From IMG/VR virus record IMGVR_UViG_3300032266_000815: DNA of 64,000 nucleotides; one strand, 5' to 3'. The notes under the pieces were generated by a model, which saw only the letters and a list, made by a program, of their open reading frames with translations, did not search any database and was not told the DNA's origin. Each line of letters begins with the position of its first letter. The first letter of the stretch is position 1. Of this stretch, positions 58,901-64,000 are shown piece by piece. This DNA is from an uncultured virus (IMG/VR IMGVR_UViG_3300032266_000815). Its lineage: Duplodnaviria; Heunggongvirae; Uroviricota; Caudoviricetes. The position numbers and the translations under genes were made by a program.

Positions 58901-61900
58901 TCTAAACTTGCAGTATCAATATTCAAAAGTGATGTTGTTGATGAATATTGGGATGATAGTCCATTTGATGGATTGTATGGATCTACACTATACGTTTGCT
59001 GTGGGGAAGTGTATGGTCCATACTTATGATTTTGAGATGCCAATCTGAACCTAAATGTTCTTGATCCAATAGAACCAGCAACAGTTTCTCCAACGTTAAA
59101 TGTTCCACTTACCATAGTAACTTCTAAAAGTTTAGGAGTTACATATGAAGTTACATCAACATTGTCAAAAAATGTATAAAATCTTGTGTTGGGCTTCATT
59201 CTTCTTGCAAGAATTTCAATATTTCTTGATCTCATAAAAGTCAAGACTTCTCTTGATACTACCCTGTCTCCAAGATTTGTTGTATCGAATCTTTGAGAAA
59301 CACCATATTGAATTCCCTGTCTACTTTGATTTGTAGTTGTTGTTGTAGTTTCATTTGAAAAATTCACAAAACTATCTTGGAATGTTTGTACTGTTGTTTC
59401 TGTTCTTGGTGAACCAGTCCACGGAGTTAATGATACATCTTGACCAATTTGAGATGATCCATTTTGTATACTGGCAATTTGTTGTCTTCCCGTTGTTTGA
59501 GTACCAGTCCAATTTGTTTCCCAAGATCCCCAATCAACAGGAGATAGACCAGTATTTGTATCTACTCCTAATTGTTGAATAAAAGAATTATAACTACCTT
59601 CTATATCTGCTGTTCTTTGGGATTTTCTTGTTTCGATCCAAGTATCTGATGATGGACTTAATTGTATTGAACCAATCCAATTAATAACATTAAATGGATT
59701 TACATTTTCAATTCTTGTGGCAAATTTATTTTTTACATATTCTACTTCTGAATAATTCAAGCATACAATAGATCCCACTCTCTTTATATCAGCAGACCCT
59801 AAATCGTTTACAAATCTTAAATCTGCATCTGCATTTGATATAGTGCCTATTCCAATCACAGAATCGGATCCAATTAAAAGATCAATACTTGTAGTATAAG
59901 GCTGAGGATTCAATTCTCCTACAGCAGCATCTACACTTGCTCTATAGAGAGGATTTGAAATATCACCGCCATTATATGATTTAAAATTATCAACAAAAAA
60001 ACCACATTTAAATCTATCAAGTTGTGTTGTTTTGTCCCTAATCGTAAGATTCTGAGTATCACTTTCGAGAAGTGATAATGATGTATAATATTCTACATTT
60101 GATAATCTTTGATCTAGACTCGAAATATCTTTCATTCTATATCTCTTATGAGATACTAAATCAATTTTTACACTAGAAGCATTAAAAATGTAAGCTGGCA
60201 AATAGACTGTTGCAATTTCTAATGAAGAATCAAGACTATTTGGAATTTTTGGTGTTAATGAAGCAACTCCTTTATTGACTATGAATGCTCCATCTTTATC
60301 TAAAAATATTCTATCAATTCTTGGTAAATAATAATCATAAGAAAGATTAATATTTTTATTTTTCGCAAATACATTTGTAGAAGAACTTATTGTAGGATCA
60401 AATACTCTTGAAGAAAATTCGAATGGAGAAGTTGTTGTTCCATTGAATTGTGATACTCTTGGTCTACAATCAATTACATCAGAAACTCTTAAACCATCTA
60501 CAGATTTTAGTCTTCCGTATATATTTTTATCATAAGAGTTTACTGCAACAAAATCTCCGGTATCTGAAGAATTTATTGTAAAATTATTATAAATGATTTT
60601 TATTTTTTTAGTAGGAGCAGAAAACTGTGATTTTCTAATAATTTTAGAAAAATCTAAATAATCTGATTTTTGTCCCGGATCAAAAATATAATTATTTTTG
60701 ATATTTTTATCTCCAGGAAAAGCAAATAATATATTTGCTTGTATATTGGATTCTTGAAAAGTTACAGATTCATTTGCAGAAAATATATTTTCATTTTCAT
60801 ATACAATATCAACTTGATTGGTTCCAACTGAAGATATTAAAGTAGCTACTGCACCACTTATTTGGCCTACAATTAATTCTCCTTTTACCGAATTTAAAAT
60901 ATTTGAAGATAAGTTTGTTAATTGTATAAAAGGCAATGAAGGATCATTTGAGTTTGAAGATTCAATAATTGCAACAATTTCAAATACATCTGGAACGTTT
61001 AATGAAATTTCTTTGTCTTGAATTCTTGTTCCATATATATTGCTATATGTTAATGCATCATTTAGTGTAGTTGATCCAATTCCTGATCCTTGTAAAGATG
61101 ATTTATCGACAATTAAAGAAGAACATCTATTGTAAATTTTATTCTTTGTCTTTAAATTTATTTTCTTAAATGTAACCGTTAGGATTGCATTTCCATTTTG
61201 GCTAATATTTTGTAAAGTTATAGTCCTTCCACTTGGAACAAGTTTTTGGTCAGTAAGTGATTCTATCGAACCACCAATAAATGCCAAATTGTAATCTTCT
61301 TCGTCAAATGGTTCGAGTGTCAGATTAGAATCAGTTTCTAGTAATTGAGATAATCCATTATTAGAAATTACTACATTATAACTTTTTCTAATAATTAAAT
61401 CTGATGATGTTAAATCTAAATTAGATATATTTAATTTATTTAATTTTGAATATAAACTAATATTTTTTGTATTATTTGTTACTTCTAATGTTATTTTTTT
61501 AAAATCATTTGTTGTTATAGTTGAAGATGGAAGATTTCCACTACAAATTCCAGCAACTGAAGGTAGTGAAACAATTTCAATAACTTTTGAAGTTGTACTG
61601 ATTTTATTTACTTTATTGTATGTTGGAATACTTTGTCCTTGTTTTGTATATGAAACAATATCTCCTGTATTAATTCCTACATAAAAATTAGAATTAGAAG
61701 TTGTTACTGAACTAATTCCTCCCGATGCCCCAGAAATTGTAAACTGTGATCCAGGAGAAGACAACGAAATCGTGTTGGAAAGTAATGGATCAGCAGTAAA
61801 GCTTACTCCATTTCCAACTATTTGATGGACATCGAAAAAATTATAATCTAGAACTAATGTGATTGTTCTACTGTCGTCTATTCCGTTAATTTCAATCTGT

Positions 61901-63456
61901 TCATCTTTAATGAAAGATCCAGAAACTTGATATAATGTTAAAAGATTTGAAGAAGTTACAGTACTGACAAGATAACCACTTGCCCCGCTATTTTTTCCTT
62001 TAATATATGCAGGAACTGATTGGCTAATCGTTGCATTTAAAGTTAAATTCGTATATGTTTGGACATCATATAGTGACATTTCATATTGTGTTGATGCATC
62101 GTTATATGCAACATTTTTCAATTTTAAATCATATACTCTTGCTACACCTATTTTTAAATCAGAAGAAATACCGGATATTCCAGTTCTTCCTTGGTGTAAA
62201 TTAACCAAAGAACTTGACCCAAATCCTATAGGAATAGATCCAGAAACATTATTTACAAGAATTTGTCTACCTAAATTAAAAGGTATTGCCTGATTATAAT
62301 CATTTTGTGTTGATCTTGGTTTTTCTAAATCAATTATTGTATTATTGATTGTTTCAATTTCATAACCTCTTACATATGCTTTTCCTGGACTTACGGAAAG
62401 GCACAATAAATTATCAGAAACAGTATTTCCTTGATTTGTTTTTTGATTTTTATAATATATTCCATTATTACCAATTCTATCATTTAAACATTCTTTTGTT
62501 GTAATTTCAAATGGTTTTACATAATAATCACCAGATTCGTCATAGGTTCTTCTTGCAAATTCATCTCTAATCAAATTATAACTTGTTGTTTTTACGAACT
62601 TTTGTAAAATGCCATTTTCTAGTCTAAGAAGTTCAATAAAATTTTCATCATTAAATTCATCAATTGACTTTTTAATTAATGATGTTGAAATTTTTAATCT
62701 ATCAGCACCAGGAGCTGCATAGTTAGAAAATCCTTTTGCATTATCAAATAAATCTTTATATTCATTTGATGCAACAACAATTTCTTCATCGATCAATAAA
62801 CCAACTCTATATGATGGAGAGTTTGTATAGTAATCTAATATGATTGCTTGTGTATCTACTTTTACGAAAAATCCTCTAATAAAATATATCCCTTCTGCAA
62901 TTTTTGCGGCAGAACCAGTAGATACAGAATTTGATATAATTGTCGTGGCAAAAGATGTTCCAGTTCTAATTGTAGATAAAGAGTAAGAAATATCCTCAAG
63001 TGCTATTAAATTTTCACCATCAACGAAAGTTGCTGTTGAAAAATCTGAATCACTAGAACTTTGGTATTTTATATAAAGAGTATTATTCGTGATGTCGGTA
63101 TCATTATTTTGTATATAATTTTCGACTTTTGCCTTTACTCCACTAGTTTCTCCTTGAATTAATTTTCCTACAAGACTTTCGAGATATAAAGAAACTGGAA
63201 GACCCAAATGAGTTTCATCGATTTGAACACATGTGTATTCTGAATCATAAGCAATTTGACCAGGAATTACCATCGCTCCTTCTTTGAAGAAGTGATTACC
63301 AAATTTTTCTATTTGATTCTGCAATATTGACTGTAAAGTTGTCAGTTCTCTTGCTTGTATTGGAGTTCCGGGCTTAAATAAAACTCTTTGATAATTTTTT
63401 GAATCGGAAAAATCATCAAAATATGGAGATATATTTAAATTAGTTTTTTGAGGCAT
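55972..63456 (-). CDS. Giant virion structural protein (DUF4815/VrlC-like), 2495 codons, interrupted by one in-frame TAA at 56926-56928
   Basis: MPQKTNLNISPYFDDF...QARELT start; the 447 nt after the TAA are open and in frame with ORF 55972-56478. Confidence 0.8.
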
Positions 63457-63462
63457 TTGACT

Positions 63463-64000
63463 TTAAAACTCCAATATGATTTTAATATCTTCTTTTTGGC
63501 TAGAAGATCTGGGTATTGCTGATCTATTATCTATGTATATGATTTCTCCTGACTTTTTATTGTATTCTGCAGAAGCAATTCCAGCATTAAAAGTCATTCC
63601 AAGTTGATATAATCTACTATTAATTGTAGTCGAAACTCCACTAAATCCAGAATCAATTGATAGTACTGGTGTTCCATTCATAGAAGAACCATATATTGTT
63701 AGATTTCCTCCAGATGCAGGACTTGAAGTAAAGTTTATAATATTATAACCAACAGATGTTGTTGCTAAACCAACTGGTTGGTAATATTTTAGTACTCCAG
63801 TAACATTATCCCAAGATGCAACAAATCCAATTGCAGTTGATCCAACTCCGACTGTTTGTGTAATTGTAGAATCTACTGCATAAGTTGTGGCAGTTGTTGC
63901 AGATCCAGTAAATTTAAGAGACTTTAGTCCACTTACTACAGATGTATTTAAAAGTTCTACTTGACTTCCAGTAATTGTTGGATTTTTTATGATACCTATT
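63463..64000 (-). CDS. g8: Baseplate wedge subunit (gp8), C-terminal part
   Basis: C-terminal SGEIIYIDNR...QKEDIKIILEF; the 5' part appears to lie beyond the window edge. Confidence 0.85.
   Translation of the reverse strand, partial: IGIIKNPTITGSQVELLNTSVVSGLKSLKFTGSATTATTYAVDSTITQTVGVGSTAIGFVASWDNVTGVLKYYQPVGLATTSVGYNIINFTSSPASGGNLTIYGSSMNGTPVLSIDSGFSGVSTTINSRLYQLGMTFNAGIASAEYNKKSGEIIYIDNRSAIPRSSSQKEDIKIILEF

Noticed and set aside
94..61021. Plus-strand ORFs and alternate-frame minus-strand ORFs in the track
   Set aside because: They overlap well-supported minus-strand genes or tRNAs and show no recognisable motifs; treated as shadow ORFs
1..64000. Prophage, integrase, CRISPR array, rRNA or photosynthesis genes
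   Set aside because: None recognisable; host assignment to cyanobacteria is therefore indirect

Overview
64 kb of an AT-rich T4-like myophage genome, most likely a freshwater cyanophage (cyanobacterial-type SLH protein, MazG, Hsp20, cyanophage-style gene order). Essentially all genes lie on the minus strand. In transcription order (right to left): g8 (partial), a giant virion protein interrupted by one in-frame TAA, fibre-like genes, g13-g23, g3, uvsY, uvsW, g55, g47, g46, g45, denV-like, g44, dam, g62, regA, hsp20, g43, uvsX, a 2OG-Fe(II) oxygenase, g41, mazG, a putative PD-(D/E)XK nuclease, a block of late genes, g61, nrdA, nrdB, two modular late proteins, GIY-YIG and HNH nucleases, a secreted-type lysozyme, an SLH/beta-barrel protein, dps and three tRNAs. 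Best leads: (1) late-promoter genes with T4-like capsid-targeting N-termini and/or repeated [ILV]-x-E putative prohead-protease sites that look like modular capsid-cargo polyproteins, including HAD-phosphatase and nucleotidyltransferase cargo, one of them flanked by a perfect 42-bp promoter-containing repeat; (2) an identical 25-bp promoter motif at two sites 30 kb apart, one firing antisense towards uvsW; (3) a structured GC-rich leader before the lysozyme; (4) a hairpin combining terminator, RBS occlusion and late promoter before a nuclease; (5) an HNH gene flanked by a 22-bp duplication; (6) two CAT tRNAs with apparently compensatory elbow changes. All protein calls come from motif recognition and synteny; no database search was run.
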